Numbered from the stretch's first letter, positions 30,598 to 45,913 are shown. The stretch is 64,000 bases of DNA from Isoptericola halotolerans (GCF_013149785.1 NZ_JABEZU010000003.1:310001-374000), one strand, 5' to 3'. The notes: generated by a model not told the origin, from the letters alone. Numbers and translations are program-made.

Positions 30598-31358
30598 GCA
30601 CCCGCCTGGTCGTCGTCCACCCGGACGCCACCGTCCTCGCCGAGGCGGCCGCCGCGCGGCTCCTGACGCGCGTCCTGGACGTCCAGTCGCTCCGCAGCCC
30701 GGTACACCTGGTGCTCACGGGCGGAACCGTCGGGATCAAGACGCTCGCAGCCGTGGCCGCGAGCCCGTTGCGCGACGCCGTCGACTGGTCCGGCGTCCAC
30801 CTGTGGTGGGGCGACGAGAGGTTCCTGCCCTCCGGCGACCCGGAGCGCAACGAGACGCAGGCACGCGCGGCGCTCGTCGACGACCTCGTGCGGTCCTCGG
30901 GGCTCCCCACGGCGAACGTCCACGCGGTGGCGCCCTCCGGGGAAGGTCCCGGGGAGGCGGCGACGCCGGAGGAGGCCGCGGCCGCCTACGCCGCCGAGCT
31001 GTCGGCCTTCGCGTCGCCCGGCGGTCAGGTACCGTCGTTCGACGTGCTGCTGCTCGGTATGGGGCCCGACGGACATGTCGCGTCACTCTTCCCGGACCAC
31101 GCGGCGCTCGCCGCGGTCGGCGCGGTGGTGGGCGTGCACGGCTCGCCCAAGCCGCCGGCGGAGCGGGTGTCCCTGACGTTCGCGGCCATCGGCAGCGCGC
31201 GGGAGGTGTGGGTCGTCGCGGCCGGTGCGGAGAAGGCGGCGAAGGCCGCCGCCGCACTGTCGGACGGACCTGTCACCGAGGTCCCCGCGGTGCGTGCTGT
31301 CGGACACGACCGGACCCTGTGGCTGCTGGATGCCGCTGCGGCCTCCGGGCGTGGCTGA
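30594..31358 (+). CDS. pgl: 6-phosphogluconolactonase
   Basis: LTGG, WWGDERF, LLGMGPDGHVASLFP, PKPPAERVSLT. Confidence 0.95.
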   Translation: MSTRLVVVHPDATVLAEAAAARLLTRVLDVQSLRSPVHLVLTGGTVGIKTLAAVAASPLRDAVDWSGVHLWWGDERFLPSGDPERNETQARAALVDDLVRSSGLPTANVHAVAPSGEGPGEAATPEEAAAAYAAELSAFASPGGQVPSFDVLLLGMGPDGHVASLFPDHAALAAVGAVVGVHGSPKPPAERVSLTFAAIGSAREVWVVAAGAEKAAKAAAALSDGPVTEVPAVRAVGHDRTLWLLDAAAASGRG

Positions 31359-31395
31359 GCGCGTCCCGCGGCCAAGCAGCCACCGCCGACGCCGA

Positions 31396-31444
31396 ACGTC
31401 GTGAGGGGGGCGATCCTGCGGCAGGATCGCCCCCCTGACGACGT
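31396..31444. terminator. Long near-perfect inverted repeat between convergent pgl and rbpA
   Basis: AGGGGGGCGATCCTGC-g-GCAGGATCGCCCCCCT (31404-31436) extended by ACGTCGT/ACGACGT. Confidence 0.7.
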
Positions 31445-31449
31445 CGTTC

Positions 31450-31818
31450 TCAGCGCGAGGCGGCCACACCTCCGGAACGACGGTCGCGCAGCATGGCGAG
31501 CGCCTCGTCCAGCAGGGCCGCGCCGTCGGCCTCGGACCGACGTTCCTTGACGTACGCGAGATGAGTCTTGTAGGGCTCGTTCCGCAGCGGTGCCGGAGGG
31601 TTCGCGCGGTCCCGACCCGCGGGAAAACCGCACCGCGGGCAGTCCCAGTGCTCAGGGGGCTCGAACGCCTCCACCACGGCGAAGCTCGGTCTCGTCTCGT
31701 GACCGTTGAGACACCAGTACGAGACCACGGTCCGCGGTGCGACCTCGCCGCGTTCCTGCTCTCCCATCGGTCCGGCCCCGACCCGCGAGCCACGGATAGC
31801 GTGTCCAGCAGATGCCAC
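31450..31818 (-). CDS. rbpA: RNA polymerase-binding protein RbpA
   Basis: AIRGSRVG, YWCLNGH...WDCPRCG, YKTHLAYVKERRS; next to secG. Confidence 0.93.
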   Translation of the reverse strand: MASAGHAIRGSRVGAGPMGEQERGEVAPRTVVSYWCLNGHETRPSFAVVEAFEPPEHWDCPRCGFPAGRDRANPPAPLRNEPYKTHLAYVKERRSEADGAALLDEALAMLRDRRSGGVAASR

Positions 31819-31930
31819 GTGTCGTCCTCACCTTCGACTCAGTGGGCGTTGCCCACGGACGATCCTCGTGCCCGACGGCGCGCCCCCGTGCCGTCCGACG
31901 CCGCGCCCCCCGGTGCGGCTCGTTGGAACG

Positions 31931-32176
31931 TCAGCTCACCTTCGTGGCGAGCCCGAGGAGGACGACGACCACGACCCACACCAGGGCGATACCCACGGTG
32001 ATGCGGTTGAGGTTGCGCTCTGCCACGCCAGAGCTGCCCGCCGCACTGGACATACCGCCCCCGAACATGTCGGACATGCCCCCGCCCTTGCCCTTGTGCA
32101 TCAGGATGAGCAGGATCAGGAACGCGCTGGTGAGCACCAGCACGACGTTCAGGAAGATGGTCAACGCGGCGAACAT
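31931..32176 (-). CDS. secG: Preprotein translocase subunit SecG
   Basis: LILMHKGKGGGMSDMFGGG...AERNLNRIT. Confidence 0.95.
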   Translation of the reverse strand: MFAALTIFLNVVLVLTSAFLILLILMHKGKGGGMSDMFGGGMSSAAGSSGVAERNLNRITVGIALVWVVVVVLLGLATKVS

Positions 32177-32255
32177 GAGTGTCCTCGGTTCTCGGCCGCC
32201 TCACGGCGGGCTGACGGCGCCGGGATTGCCCGGCGGGCTCAAGAGTAGGTGACGA

Positions 32256-32311
32256 ACGCCTCTTGTGGCGAACCCCTGGCATGACCAAGGGCTGACCGCC
32301 ACAAGAGGCGT
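32256..32311. repeat. 15-bp inverted repeat with inner hairpin between tpiA and secG
   Basis: ACGCCTCTTGTGGCG ... CGCCACAAGAGGCGT. Confidence 0.7.
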
Positions 32312-32352
32312 CCTGGACGGACGGGCACGCGGGCGCGCCTCGTCCCGGCTCG

Positions 32353-33144
32353 TCAGGCCACGTGCGACTGGTACCGCACGATCTTCGCGAACTCCACCGG
32401 GTCGAGGCTGGCGCCGCCCACCAGCGCGCCGTCGACGTCGGGCTGCGCCATGATCTCGGCGACGTTGCCCGACTTGACCGAGCCGCCGTACAGGACCCGC
32501 ACCCCGGCGGCCAGCTCGGCGTCGTACAGCTCCGCGAGCCGAGCACGCACCGCCCCGCAGACCTCCTGGGCGTCCTCCGGCGTGGCGACCTCGCCCGTCC
32601 CGATCGCCCACACCGGCTCGTAGGCCACGACGATGCTCTTCGCCTGCTCGGCGGGGACGCCCTCGAGCGCACCGTCGAGCTGAGCCAGCGTGTAGGAGAC
32701 CTGGTCCCCCGCCTTGCGGACGTCGAGACCTTCGCCCACGCACAGGATCGGCGTCACGTCCTTCGAGAACGCCGCCTTCACCTTGGCGTTGACGACGGCG
32801 TCGCTCTCGGCGTGGTACTCCCGGCGCTCGGAGTGCCCGACCGCGACGTAGCTGCAGCCCAGGCGGGCGATCATGGCGCCCGAGACCTCACCGGTGTAGG
32901 CACCGGACTCGTGCTGCGAGACGTCCTGCGCGCCGTAGCGGACCTCGAGCTTGTCCGCGTCGACCAGGGTCTGGACCGACCGCAGGTCGGTGAACGGGGC
33001 GAGGATCGCGACCTCGACCGCGGAGTAGTCGTGCCCGGCGTCCTTGAGGGTCCACGCCAGCTTCTGCACCGCGGCGATCGCCTCGGCGTGGTCCAGGTTC
33101 ATCTTCCAGTTGCCCGCCATGAGGGGCGTGCGCTTCGTAGCCAC
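32353..33144 (-). CDS. tpiA: Triosephosphate isomerase
   Basis: [37 protein letters not shown]. Confidence 0.97.
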   Translation of the reverse strand: MATKRTPLMAGNWKMNLDHAEAIAAVQKLAWTLKDAGHDYSAVEVAILAPFTDLRSVQTLVDADKLEVRYGAQDVSQHESGAYTGEVSGAMIARLGCSYVAVGHSERREYHAESDAVVNAKVKAAFSKDVTPILCVGEGLDVRKAGDQVSYTLAQLDGALEGVPAEQAKSIVVAYEPVWAIGTGEVATPEDAQEVCGAVRARLAELYDAELAAGVRVLYGGSVKSGNVAEIMAQPDVDGALVGGASLDPVEFAKIVRYQSHVA

Positions 33145-33193
33145 TTCTTCGTCCTTCGTGTCGTGGATGGTTGGTCGCGTGAGCAGGCGAAGG

Positions 33194-34393
33194 TCAGTCT
33201 GCCAGGACGGTCAGCCCTGGCAGCTCCTTGCCCTCGAGCAGCTCCAGGCTCGCTCCCCCACCGGTCGAGATGTGGCTGAAGCCCTCCTCGTCGAACCCGA
33301 GGATGCGGACGGCGGCGGCGGAGTCGCCGCCCCCGACGATGGAGAACGCACCGGCCGAGGTCGCCTCGATGATGCCCTGGGCGACGGCGCAGGTGCCGCC
33401 GGCGAAGGCGTCGAACTCGAACACACCCATCGGGCCGTTCCAGGCGATGGTGCGCGCGTCGGCCAGCTTGGCGGCGAAGAGCCGCGCGGAGTCGGGGCCG
33501 ATGTCCAGGCCCATCTTGCCGTCAGGGATCGCGTCGGCCGCGACCGTCGTGTGCGGCGCGTCGGCCGCGAACGAGTCCGCCGCGACGATGTCGGTCGGCA
33601 GCACGATCTCGACCCCGTTGGCCTCGGCCTGCGCCAGGTAGCCCTTCACCGTGTCGACCTGGTCGGCCTCCAGCAGCGAGGCCCCGACCGAGTGGCCCTT
33701 GGCGGCCAGGAACGTGAAGACCATCCCGCCACCGATGAGCAGCCGGTCGGCCTTGGTCAGCAGGTTGGCGATGACGCCCAGCTTGTCCGACACCTTGGAA
33801 CCGCCGAGCACGACCGCGTAGGGGCGCTGCGGATCGGTCGTCGCCCGCGAGAGCGACTCGACCTCCTTGAGCACGAGGTCGCCCGCACCGGCCGGCAGGA
33901 TCTGCGCGACGTCGTAGACCGACGCCTGCTTGCGGTGCACGACACCGAAGCCGTCGGACACGAACGCGTCTGCCAGCCGGGCCAGCTCGGCCGCCAGCTC
34001 GGCGCGCTCGGCGTCGACCTTGGAGGTCTCCCGGGCATCGAAGCGGACGTTCTCCAGCAGGGCCACCTGGCCGTCGGCCAGGCCCTCGACGGCGGCGCGG
34101 GCGGAGGGCCCCACGAGGTCCGACGCGAGCCGTACGTCCTGCCCGAGCAGCTCGCCGAGACGTGCTGCGACGGGTGCGAGCGAGTACTTCGCGTCCGGTG
34201 AGCCCTTCGGCCGGCCCAGGTGGGCCATCACCACGACACGCGCGCCGGCGTCGGACAGCCGCTGCAGGGTGGGCAGGGCGGCACGGATGCGGCCGTCGTC
34301 GGTGATGGTGGTGCCGTCCAGCGGCACGTTGAAGTCGGAGCGGACGAGCACGCGCTTGCCGCGCAGGTCTCCGAGTGTGTCGATCGTCTTCAT
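33194..34393 (-). CDS. pgk: Phosphoglycerate kinase
   Basis: [35 protein letters not shown]. Confidence 0.97.
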   Translation of the reverse strand: MKTIDTLGDLRGKRVLVRSDFNVPLDGTTITDDGRIRAALPTLQRLSDAGARVVVMAHLGRPKGSPDAKYSLAPVAARLGELLGQDVRLASDLVGPSARAAVEGLADGQVALLENVRFDARETSKVDAERAELAAELARLADAFVSDGFGVVHRKQASVYDVAQILPAGAGDLVLKEVESLSRATTDPQRPYAVVLGGSKVSDKLGVIANLLTKADRLLIGGGMVFTFLAAKGHSVGASLLEADQVDTVKGYLAQAEANGVEIVLPTDIVAADSFAADAPHTTVAADAIPDGKMGLDIGPDSARLFAAKLADARTIAWNGPMGVFEFDAFAGGTCAVAQGIIEATSAGAFSIVGGGDSAAAVRILGFDEEGFSHISTGGGASLELLEGKELPGLTVLAD

Positions 34394-34443
34394 GAGCTCA
34401 CCTCGTGCAGAAAGGTCGGTGGGTGGCAGGTGCCGGTGACACG

Positions 34444-34511
34444 ACGACGTCCGCGGGTGCGGCGGTCGGCTCGTCGCACGGACGGGCGGCCCGCGCACCC
34501 GCGGACGTCGT
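34444..34511 (-). terminator. 18-bp stem-loop between gap and pgk (terminator or mRNA stabiliser)
   Basis: ACGACGTCCGCGGGTGCG ... CGCACCCGCGGACGTCGT. Confidence 0.6.
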
Positions 34512-34536
34512 GGTCACTCTCGGGTCGGGCAGCTCG

Positions 34537-35679
<1,143 letters not shown>

Positions 35680-35785
35680 TCACACCGTCGTCACCTGACA
35701 CCTCGGAGCCTATACCCATCCGTTGCCGGGTGCTGACTCCGGTCGCCCGTGAGACAGGTGGTCCGACCAGTGGTCGGCGGCGCTC

Positions 35786-36766
35786 TCAGAGGTCCAGCAG
35801 GTCGGGCGAGAGCCCCGCCTCGGTGTCGGGGATGCCCAGGTCCATCGCCCGCTTGTCCGCCGTCGAGAGCAGCCTGCGGATCCGGCCCGCCACCGCGTCC
35901 TTCGACAACGGCGGGGACGCGAGCTGGCCGAGCTCCTCCAACGAGGCCTGCTTGTGGGCCAGACGCAGCTCCCCGGCCTCGCGCAGGTGCTCCGGCACCT
36001 CGTCGCCGAGGATCTCGAAGGCGCGCTGAACCCGGGCGCCGGCCGCGACCGCCGCCCGCGCCGAGCGACGGAGGTTCGCGTCGTCGAAGTTCGCCAACCG
36101 GTTCGCGGTGCCGCGCACCTCACGCCGCGCCCGCCGCTCCTCCCACGTCGCACGGGTGGTGACTGCGCCCATCCGGCGCAGCGCCTCGCTGATGGCGTCA
36201 CCGTCACGCACCACCACCCGGTCGATGCCGCGGACCTCACGCGACTTCGCCTGGACTCCGATGCGCCTCGCGGCTCCCACCAGTGCCAGCGCCGCCTCGG
36301 GTCCGGGGCAGGTGACCTCCAGGGACATGGACCTGCCCGGCTCGGTCAACGAGCCGTGCGCGAGGAACGCCCCTCGCCACGCCGCTTCTGCCGCGTCCAC
36401 GCCACCGGAGACGACCTCCGGTGCCAGCCCCCGCACCGGTCGCCCTCGCGAGTCCAGCAGGCCGGTCTGGCGAGCCAGCGACTCGCCGTCGCGCACGACC
36501 CGGACCACGTACCGGTCGTTCTTGCGCAGCCCCCCGGCACGGACGACGATCAGCTCGCTGGCGTGCCCGTACAGATCGGAGATCGCCCGCCGCAGCCGTC
36601 CGGCCGCGGACTCCGTGTCGAGCTCGGCCTCGATCACCACGCGGCCCGAGATGATGTGCAGACCACCCGAGAACCGCAGCATCGCCGACACCTCGGCCTT
36701 GCGGCACGACGTCCGAGTCACCACGTGCCGTGCCAGCTCGTCCTTCACCTCTACCGTCAGCGCCAT
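35786..36766 (-). CDS. whiA: DNA-binding protein WhiA
   Basis: [50 protein letters not shown]. Confidence 0.96.
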   Translation of the reverse strand: MALTVEVKDELARHVVTRTSCRKAEVSAMLRFSGGLHIISGRVVIEAELDTESAAGRLRRAISDLYGHASELIVVRAGGLRKNDRYVVRVVRDGESLARQTGLLDSRGRPVRGLAPEVVSGGVDAAEAAWRGAFLAHGSLTEPGRSMSLEVTCPGPEAALALVGAARRIGVQAKSREVRGIDRVVVRDGDAISEALRRMGAVTTRATWEERRARREVRGTANRLANFDDANLRRSARAAVAAGARVQRAFEILGDEVPEHLREAGELRLAHKQASLEELGQLASPPLSKDAVAGRIRRLLSTADKRAMDLGIPDTEAGLSPDLLDL

Positions 36767-36820
36767 GGCGTCATCCTGCCACGCGCCCATGACCTGCGCC
36801 GTCGAGGCAGGCGTGGGGCC

Positions 36821-37825
36821 TCACCCGGCCGGTGTGCCCTCGAAGACGTCACGGTAGGCGGCGGCGAGGCGCAGCGGGTCGTGACGGGGCGTGCCGTCGC
36901 CGCGCGCCACAGGCGCCAGGACGAGCCGCGCACCGAGCGCCTCGGCGGCACTGCTCAGCTCGTCGAGGTCACCGGCGGCCGACCGGTCCGCGAGAACCAC
37001 GTCGATCGCGAGACGGGGTGCGTGCCGGTGCAGCGCGGCGAGATGTTCCGCCGCCGTCAGACCGTGCGTCTCGCCCGGTTCCGCGCTCAGGTTCAAGGTC
37101 ACGCAGCGCCGCGCCGAGGTGGCGTGCAGCGCCGCTGCCAGATCCGGGACGAGGAGGTGCACGAGCACCGAGGAGTACCAGGACCCCGGACCCAGGACCA
37201 CCCAGTCGGCGTCGAGCACGGCCCGCACGGCCTCGGGGCACGCCGGTGGATCGGCAGGGCGAAGACGCAGCTGGTCGATCCGTCCTCCGCACCGCGCGAC
37301 GCTGCTCTGTCCGACCACCGTGCCGGCCTTCCCTCCGTCCATGACGTCGGCCTCGACGACGAGGGGCACCGAGGCCATCGGCAGCACGCGGCCCCGCGCG
37401 CCCAGGAGCCGGCCCACCCAGTCCAGGCCCTCCACGGTGTCGCCGAGCCGCTCCCACAGAGACACGATGAGGAGGTTGCCCATGGCGTGCCCGTCCAGCT
37501 CACCGCCCGTGGCGAACCGGTGCTGCAGCAGATCGCTCCAGGTGCGCCCCCACTCCGTGTCGTCGCACAGCGCCGCCAGCGCCATGCGCAGGTCACCCGG
37601 CGGCAGGACGTCGAGCTCGTCGCGCAGTCGGCCGGACGAGCCACCGTCGTCGGCCACCGTGACGACGGCCGTGAGCCGTTCGGTCAGCAGCCGCAACGCC
37701 CCCAGGCTCGCCGACAGGCCGTGTCCTCCGCCGAGCGCCACGGTCGTCGGCCCCTCCGGACGGCCGAGGTCGCGGGGCTCCGGAACGCTCCGTGCCGCGT
37801 CGGCACGGGATGGCGTGGCGTTCAG
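36821..37825 (-). CDS. yvcK: YvcK/CuvA family UDP-GlcNAc-binding protein
   Basis: ALGGGHG, VTVADDGGSSGRLR, PPGDLR, GPGSWYSS, HDP; start proposed at CTG 37825 (first canonical GTG is 37741). Confidence 0.9.
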   Translation of the reverse strand: MNATPSRADAARSVPEPRDLGRPEGPTTVALGGGHGLSASLGALRLLTERLTAVVTVADDGGSSGRLRDELDVLPPGDLRMALAALCDDTEWGRTWSDLLQHRFATGGELDGHAMGNLLIVSLWERLGDTVEGLDWVGRLLGARGRVLPMASVPLVVEADVMDGGKAGTVVGQSSVARCGGRIDQLRLRPADPPACPEAVRAVLDADWVVLGPGSWYSSVLVHLLVPDLAAALHATSARRCVTLNLSAEPGETHGLTAAEHLAALHRHAPRLAIDVVLADRSAAGDLDELSSAAEALGARLVLAPVARGDGTPRHDPLRLAAAYRDVFEGTPAG

Positions 37826-37829
37826 GGCG

Positions 37830-38765
37830 CTATTCCTTCCCGAGGTCGCGGGCCGTGACGGTCACGTTCTGCCCGGCGGCCCGCAGCCGGTCGGCGATCT
37901 CCCCCGCGATCGCGACCGATCGGTGCTTCCCGCCGGTGCAGCCCACGGCGATCGTGGCGTAGCGCTTCTCCTCGGCGAGGTACCCGGCCAGCACGGGCTC
38001 CAGGGCCGCGACGTACCGTTCGACGAACTCGGTCGCACCCGGGCGCTCGAGCACGTAGCGGCGCACGGCGTCGTCCTGCCCGGTCAGGTGACGCAGCTCC
38101 GAGATCCAGTAGGGGTTGGCGAGGAAGCGCACGTCCACGACGTGATCCGCGTCCAGGGGCAGGCCGTACTTGAAGCCGAAGGCCAGCACGTTGATGCGCA
38201 GCGCGTCGACGGCACCGGCGGCCACGGCGTCCCGGACCTCCTTGGCGAGGTCGTGCACGGAGAGGTCCGAGGTGTCGACGACGACGTCGGCCCGCTCGGC
38301 GATCGACGCCAGCACCCGCCGCTCCGCCGCGATGCCGTCCAGGATCCGGCCGTCACCCTGCAGCGGGTGCGGGCGCCGCACGCTCTCGAAGCGTCGCACC
38401 AGCACCTCGTCCGAGGCGTCCAGGAACAGGATCCGGTAGGTGATGCCACCGGCGCGCAGGTGGCCGAGCGCCTCGGCCAGCTCCGGGAAGTACTCACGAC
38501 CGCGGACGTCGACCACCACGGCGAGCTGGTCGACCGACGATCCCGCTCTGGTCATCAGGTCGACGAGCGGCACGATCATCAGCGGCGGGAGGTTGTCGAC
38601 CACGAACCAGTCGAGGTCCTCCAGCACGCCGGCGGCGCGGGAACGCCCCGCCCCGGACATGCCGGTGATGATCAGCACCTCCGGGTCGGAGCGCGGTGGC
38701 GCCGGGGTCGCGGCCTCGATCTCGGCGATGCCCTGGGGAACGGTGATGGGCGACGGTTCGCTCAT
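37830..38765 (-). CDS. rapZ: RNase adapter RapZ / YvcJ family P-loop protein
   Basis: [37 protein letters not shown]. Confidence 0.95.
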   Translation of the reverse strand: MSEPSPITVPQGIAEIEAATPAPPRSDPEVLIITGMSGAGRSRAAGVLEDLDWFVVDNLPPLMIVPLVDLMTRAGSSVDQLAVVVDVRGREYFPELAEALGHLRAGGITYRILFLDASDEVLVRRFESVRRPHPLQGDGRILDGIAAERRVLASIAERADVVVDTSDLSVHDLAKEVRDAVAAGAVDALRINVLAFGFKYGLPLDADHVVDVRFLANPYWISELRHLTGQDDAVRRYVLERPGATEFVERYVAALEPVLAGYLAEEKRYATIAVGCTGGKHRSVAIAGEIADRLRAAGQNVTVTARDLGKE

Positions 38766-40783
38766 GGGCCCAGCATGCCAGTCCGGTCGCCGTCGTCCGC
38801 GCTCGCCGTGCCCGACACGCCGGTGCCGGCCAGCGCGTCGACGACCGCCCTCGCCGTGCGGGCGCCCACGCCCTTGACCTCGGCGACCTCCTCGACGCTC
38901 GCCGCGCGCAGGCGCTTCACCGAACCGAAGCGCGCCAGCAACGCCTGCTGGCGGGCCGGCCCCAGCCCCGGCACGCCGTCCAGGACGGAGGACACCATGC
39001 CCTTGCTCCGCCGACGACGGTGCTGGGCGATGGCGAAGCGGTGCGCCTCGTCGCGCACGCGCTGCAGCAGGTACAGGCCCTGGGACGCCCGTTGCAGGAT
39101 CACGGGGTAGTCGTCGCCGGGCACCCAGACCTCCTCCAGCCGCTTGGCCAGCCCGCACAGTGCGACGTCGGTCACCCCCAGCTCGGCCAGCGCACGAGCG
39201 GCCGCGGCCACCTGCGGAGGGCCGCCGTCGACGACGACGAGCTGCGGCGGATAGGCGAACCGTCGCCTGTCCCCCTCCTCCGCGTCAGGACCGACCTCAC
39301 CGGTGGTCCCCAGCTCTCCGGACGCGTGCCGGTCGTCCAGGTAGCGGCGGAACCGGCGGGTGATCACCTCGTGCATCGCGGCGGTGTCGTCGGCCGCACC
39401 GTCCCCGTCCGGACCGCGCACCGAGAAGGAGCGGTACTCGCTCTTGCGCGGCAGGCCGTCCTCGAAGACGACCATCGACGCCGACTGGTACGAGCCCTGG
39501 GTGTGCGAGACGTCGTAGCACTCGATCCGCAGAGGCGCCTCGTCCAGGCCCAGCGCCTCCTGCAGCTCGGCGAGGGCCTGGCTGCGGGTCGTGAGGTCCC
39601 CGGCGCGCCGCGTGCGGTGCAGCGCGAGAGCCTGCTCGGCGTTCGCGTGGACGGTCGCGGCCAGCTCCCGCTTGTCCCCCCGCTGCGGGACCCGAACGTC
39701 GACCCGTGCGCCGCGCAGCCCCGTCAGCCAGGCGGTGACCTGCTCCAGGTCGGTCGGCAGGACGGGCACCAGGACCTCGCGCGGCACCGCGTCCCGCGCG
39801 ACGGCACGGGCCTCACGGTCGGTCGCCGCCGGGTCGCGGGCGTCGGCGACGGCCCCGTAGACCTGCTGCAGCAGGTGCTCGACGAGCTCGGCGTCTGTGA
39901 CGTCCTCGACCTTCTCGACCACCCAGCCGCGCTGGCCCCGGATCCGGCCGCCCCGCACGTGGAACACCTGGACGGCAGCCTCCAGGTCGTCGCCTGCCAG
40001 GGCGAAGACGTCGGCATCGGTCGCGTCGGAGAGCACGACGGCGTTCTTCTCCGTCACACGCCGCAGCGCCGCCAGGTCGTCACGCACCCGGGCGGCGCGC
40101 TCGTACTCCTGGTGCGCGGCCGCGTCCGCCATCTCCTGCTCCAGCCGCCGGACGAACCGCCCGGTGTCGCCCGCCATGAAGTCGCACAGGTCGCTCGCCA
40201 GGGCACGGTGATCGGCAGGGCTGACCCTGCCGACGCACGGCGCCGCGCACTTGTCGATGTAGCCGAGCAGGCAGGGCCGGCCGGACTGCTCCGCACGCCG
40301 GTACACCCCGGCCGAGCAGGTCCGCACGGGGAACACGCGGAGCAGGAGGTCGAGCGTCTCGCGGATCGCCCACGCGTGCCCGTACGGACCGAAGTAGCGC
40401 GTCCCCGGACGCTTGACCCCGCGCATCACCTGCGCACGGGGGATCTCGTCCCCCATCGTCACCGCGAGGTAGGGGTAGGACTTGTCGTCGCGGTACTTGA
40501 CGTTGAACCGCGGGTCGTACTCCTTGATCCAGGAGTACTCCAGGGACAGCGCCTCCACCTCGGTCCCGACGACGGTCCACTCGACGGACGCCGCCGTCGT
40601 CACCATCTGCTGGGTCCGGTGGTGGAGGTTCGCGACGTCCTGGAAGTAGCTCGAGAGCCGTTGACGCAGGTTCTTCGCCTTGCCGACGTAGATCACCCGA
40701 CCGTGGGCCTCGCGGAACCGGTAGACACCCGGCGAGGTGGGGATCTCCCCCGGTCGTGGACGATAGGTCGCAGGGTCGGCCAT
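38762..40783 (-). CDS. uvrC: Excinuclease ABC subunit C
   Basis: [41 protein letters not shown], HhH tail. Confidence 0.97.
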   Translation of the reverse strand: MADPATYRPRPGEIPTSPGVYRFREAHGRVIYVGKAKNLRQRLSSYFQDVANLHHRTQQMVTTAASVEWTVVGTEVEALSLEYSWIKEYDPRFNVKYRDDKSYPYLAVTMGDEIPRAQVMRGVKRPGTRYFGPYGHAWAIRETLDLLLRVFPVRTCSAGVYRRAEQSGRPCLLGYIDKCAAPCVGRVSPADHRALASDLCDFMAGDTGRFVRRLEQEMADAAAHQEYERAARVRDDLAALRRVTEKNAVVLSDATDADVFALAGDDLEAAVQVFHVRGGRIRGQRGWVVEKVEDVTDAELVEHLLQQVYGAVADARDPAATDREARAVARDAVPREVLVPVLPTDLEQVTAWLTGLRGARVDVRVPQRGDKRELAATVHANAEQALALHRTRRAGDLTTRSQALAELQEALGLDEAPLRIECYDVSHTQGSYQSASMVVFEDGLPRKSEYRSFSVRGPDGDGAADDTAAMHEVITRRFRRYLDDRHASGELGTTGEVGPDAEEGDRRRFAYPPQLVVVDGGPPQVAAAARALAELGVTDVALCGLAKRLEEVWVPGDDYPVILQRASQGLYLLQRVRDEAHRFAIAQHRRRRSKGMVSSVLDGVPGLGPARQQALLARFGSVKRLRAASVEEVAEVKGVGARTARAVVDALAGTGVSGTASADDGDRTGMLGP

Positions 40784-40790
40784 GAGCCCC

Positions 40791-40812
40791 AGGTTAGGTC
40801 AGGACACCGACA
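40791..40812 (-). promoter_or_regulatory. PafBC-type (RecA-NDp) leaderless promoter of uvrC
   Basis: TGTCGG-N10-TAACCT, 7 nt before ATG. Confidence 0.75.
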
Positions 40813-40825
40813 CGGCGGGAAACCG

Positions 40826-41335
40826 TCAGGCGGCCGCGTCAGCCAGGTGCAGCGGGGCAGGCTCGACGACGACCGAGAAGTTGACGCTCCGCGCGAGGAA
40901 GCACATCGCGTGCGCACGGCGGTGCAGGCCCGCGACGTGCTCGTCCGTGGCCTGCTCACCCGGTTCCACCACCACACGCGGGCGCAGCGTGACGTCCGTG
41001 AACTGCCCCTCGCCCCGCGACTCGACCCTCATCGTGCCCGACGCGTCGTCGACGTACTGCCGCACCGCCAGGCCGGTCTCCGCGGAGAGGTGCAGGAACC
41101 ACAGCATGTGGCACTGCGACAGGCTGGCCACGAACAGGTCCTCGGGGCTGTACCGGGCGGGGTCACCACGAAAGGCCGGGTCCGCCGAACCCGGGATCCC
41201 CGGACGGCCGGGCAGGGCGACGTCGTGGTCGCGAGAGTAGGCGACGTACGACGACGTCACGGCCTCCGGGCTGCCCGGGTCGACGCCCGAGGCGGGCCAG
41301 GTGACGGCGACCGAGTACTCGTGGTGGGCTCCCAT
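40826..41335 (-). CDS. OsmC family protein
   Basis: YSRDH, GSADPAFRGD, SPEDLFVASLSQCHML, second Cys in AMCFLARSV. Confidence 0.9.
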   Translation of the reverse strand: MGAHHEYSVAVTWPASGVDPGSPEAVTSSYVAYSRDHDVALPGRPGIPGSADPAFRGDPARYSPEDLFVASLSQCHMLWFLHLSAETGLAVRQYVDDASGTMRVESRGEGQFTDVTLRPRVVVEPGEQATDEHVAGLHRRAHAMCFLARSVNFSVVVEPAPLHLADAAA

Positions 41336-41352
41336 GGCCACACCGTAGAGGC

Positions 41353-44313
<2,961 letters not shown>

Positions 44314-44342
44314 CGCAGCATCCTACGGCGACCCACCCGCAT

Positions 44343-44358
44343 TCGTACAGGTGTTCCA
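44343..44358. promoter_or_regulatory. Probable LexA (SOS) box upstream of uvrA
   Basis: TCGTAC-AGGT-GTTCCA, two mismatches to actinobacterial TCGAAC-N4-GTTCGA, over the -35 region of the uvrA promoter (-10 TAGGAT 44320-44325). Confidence 0.6.
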
Positions 44359-44429
44359 TGTCACCGCCCGGCACTCCTGCAGGGCGGAGCATCGCACCGC
44401 CGGTGGGTCGAAGATGCTTGGATGGCGAC

Positions 44430-44726
44430 ATGAAGACCTACGCCGTCACCTATGACTACGCCCCCGGCAGCGCCGCCGCCCGCGACCGGGTGCGTCCCGC
44501 CCACCGTGAGCTCCTCGGGACACTGCGCACCGCAGGGTCCGTCCTCGTGTCGGGCCCCTTGCCTGCGACCGACGAGCACCCCGACGGCGCCCTGATCGTG
44601 GTGACGGCCCCGTCGGAGCAGGCCGCGACGACCCTGCTCGACGGCGACCCCTTCCGTCTCGAGGGCCTCGTGGACCGGCTGACGGTGCGCGAGTGGGTGC
44701 CGGTCATCGGCGGCTTCTCGACCTGA
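44430..44726 (+). CDS. YciI family protein
   Basis: RDRVRPAHR, VSGPL, GALIV, DPF...GL; 98 aa. Confidence 0.85.
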   Translation: MKTYAVTYDYAPGSAAARDRVRPAHRELLGTLRTAGSVLVSGPLPATDEHPDGALIVVTAPSEQAATTLLDGDPFRLEGLVDRLTVREWVPVIGGFST

Positions 44727-44747
44727 GGCCGACCCGCGCGTGGTCGG

Positions 44748-45746
44748 CTACGCCGCGCTGTCGCGCGTCAGGACCTTCTGGCGGCGGCGCGAGGCGAGCA
44801 GCGAGAAGATCGTGGTGATCGCCAGCACGACGACGATGAAGCTCAACGAGACCGCCGTCGGGATCTCCGGGATCGCGTGCACGGGCTCGCCACCGTTGAC
44901 GAACGGCAGCTCGTTGGTGTGCAGCGCGTGGATGACCAGCTTGACGCCGATGAACCCCAGGATCGCGGCGAGACCGTAGTTGAGGAAGACCAACCGGTCG
45001 AGCAACCCGTCCACGAGGAAGTAGAGCTGCCGCAGTCCCAGCAGCGAGAACGCGTTGGCGGTGAAGACGAGGAACGTCTCCTGGGTCAGGCCGAAGATCG
45101 CCGGGATCGAGTCGACGGCGAAGAGCAGGTCGGCGCTGCCGATGGCGATCATCACGATGAGCATCGGGGTGACGTACCGCCTGCCGTCGATCCTCGTCGT
45201 CAGGCGGTGCTCGACGTAGGTGTCGGTGGTCGGAAGGACCCGCCGCGTCAGCCGCAGCACGGCGTTCTCGCTGAACTCCTCGTCGTGGTCGGTCCCGGCA
45301 CGGGCCTGAGCGACGGCGGTCCAGATGAGGAACGCACCGAAGACGTAGAAGATCCACGCGAAGTTCGCGATGAGCGCGGCACCGGTGAAGATGAAGATCG
45401 TCCGCAGCACCAGGGCGATGGTGATCCCGATCAGCAGCACCCGCTGCTGGTGCTCTCGGGGCACCCTGAAGCTCGTCATGATCAGGACGAACACGAAGAG
45501 GTTGTCGACGCTCAGCGACTTCTCGGTGACGTAGCCGGCGAAGTACTCACCACCGTAGGTGGGCCCCCAGACGACGAGGACGACGACCCCGAAGAGGAGT
45601 GCGACGGCGACGTAGGCCAGTGACCACCAGGTCGACTCCTTCAGGGTCGGGGCGTGCGGCGTGCGCACGTGGCCGACGTAGTCGATGGCGAGCATGGCGA
45701 GGATCGCGCCGACGGTGGCGATCCATACCCAGACAGGCACGTCCAT
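44748..45746 (-). CDS. TerC/Alx family membrane protein (Mn homeostasis)
   Basis: EKSLSVDNLFVF, DLLFAVDSIPAI, FTANAFSLLGLR; upstream yybP-ykoY riboswitch. Confidence 0.93.
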   Translation of the reverse strand: MDVPVWVWIATVGAILAMLAIDYVGHVRTPHAPTLKESTWWSLAYVAVALLFGVVVLVVWGPTYGGEYFAGYVTEKSLSVDNLFVFVLIMTSFRVPREHQQRVLLIGITIALVLRTIFIFTGAALIANFAWIFYVFGAFLIWTAVAQARAGTDHDEEFSENAVLRLTRRVLPTTDTYVEHRLTTRIDGRRYVTPMLIVMIAIGSADLLFAVDSIPAIFGLTQETFLVFTANAFSLLGLRQLYFLVDGLLDRLVFLNYGLAAILGFIGVKLVIHALHTNELPFVNGGEPVHAIPEIPTAVSLSFIVVVLAITTIFSLLASRRRQKVLTRDSAA

Positions 45747-45777
45747 GGGGTACTCCTTCGGTACACAGAGTCAGTAC

Positions 45778-45883
45778 CGAAGGTCTCCTCCACCTGTGGT
45801 CGCGCCAGCAGGTCGACAGGGCCGGTCCGGCGACGACGCCCGACGTGATGACGGCCCTGCACGTTGTGGAGTACTCCCCCTCG
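45778..45883 (-). ncRNA. yybP-ykoY (Mn2+) riboswitch
   Basis: Reverse strand CGAGGGGGAGTA...CCGTCATCAC...GGAGACCTTCG directly upstream of terC/alx. Confidence 0.85.
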
Positions 45884-45913
45884 TCGAGCAGTCAGCATAC
45901 GGCACCGCGAGGG

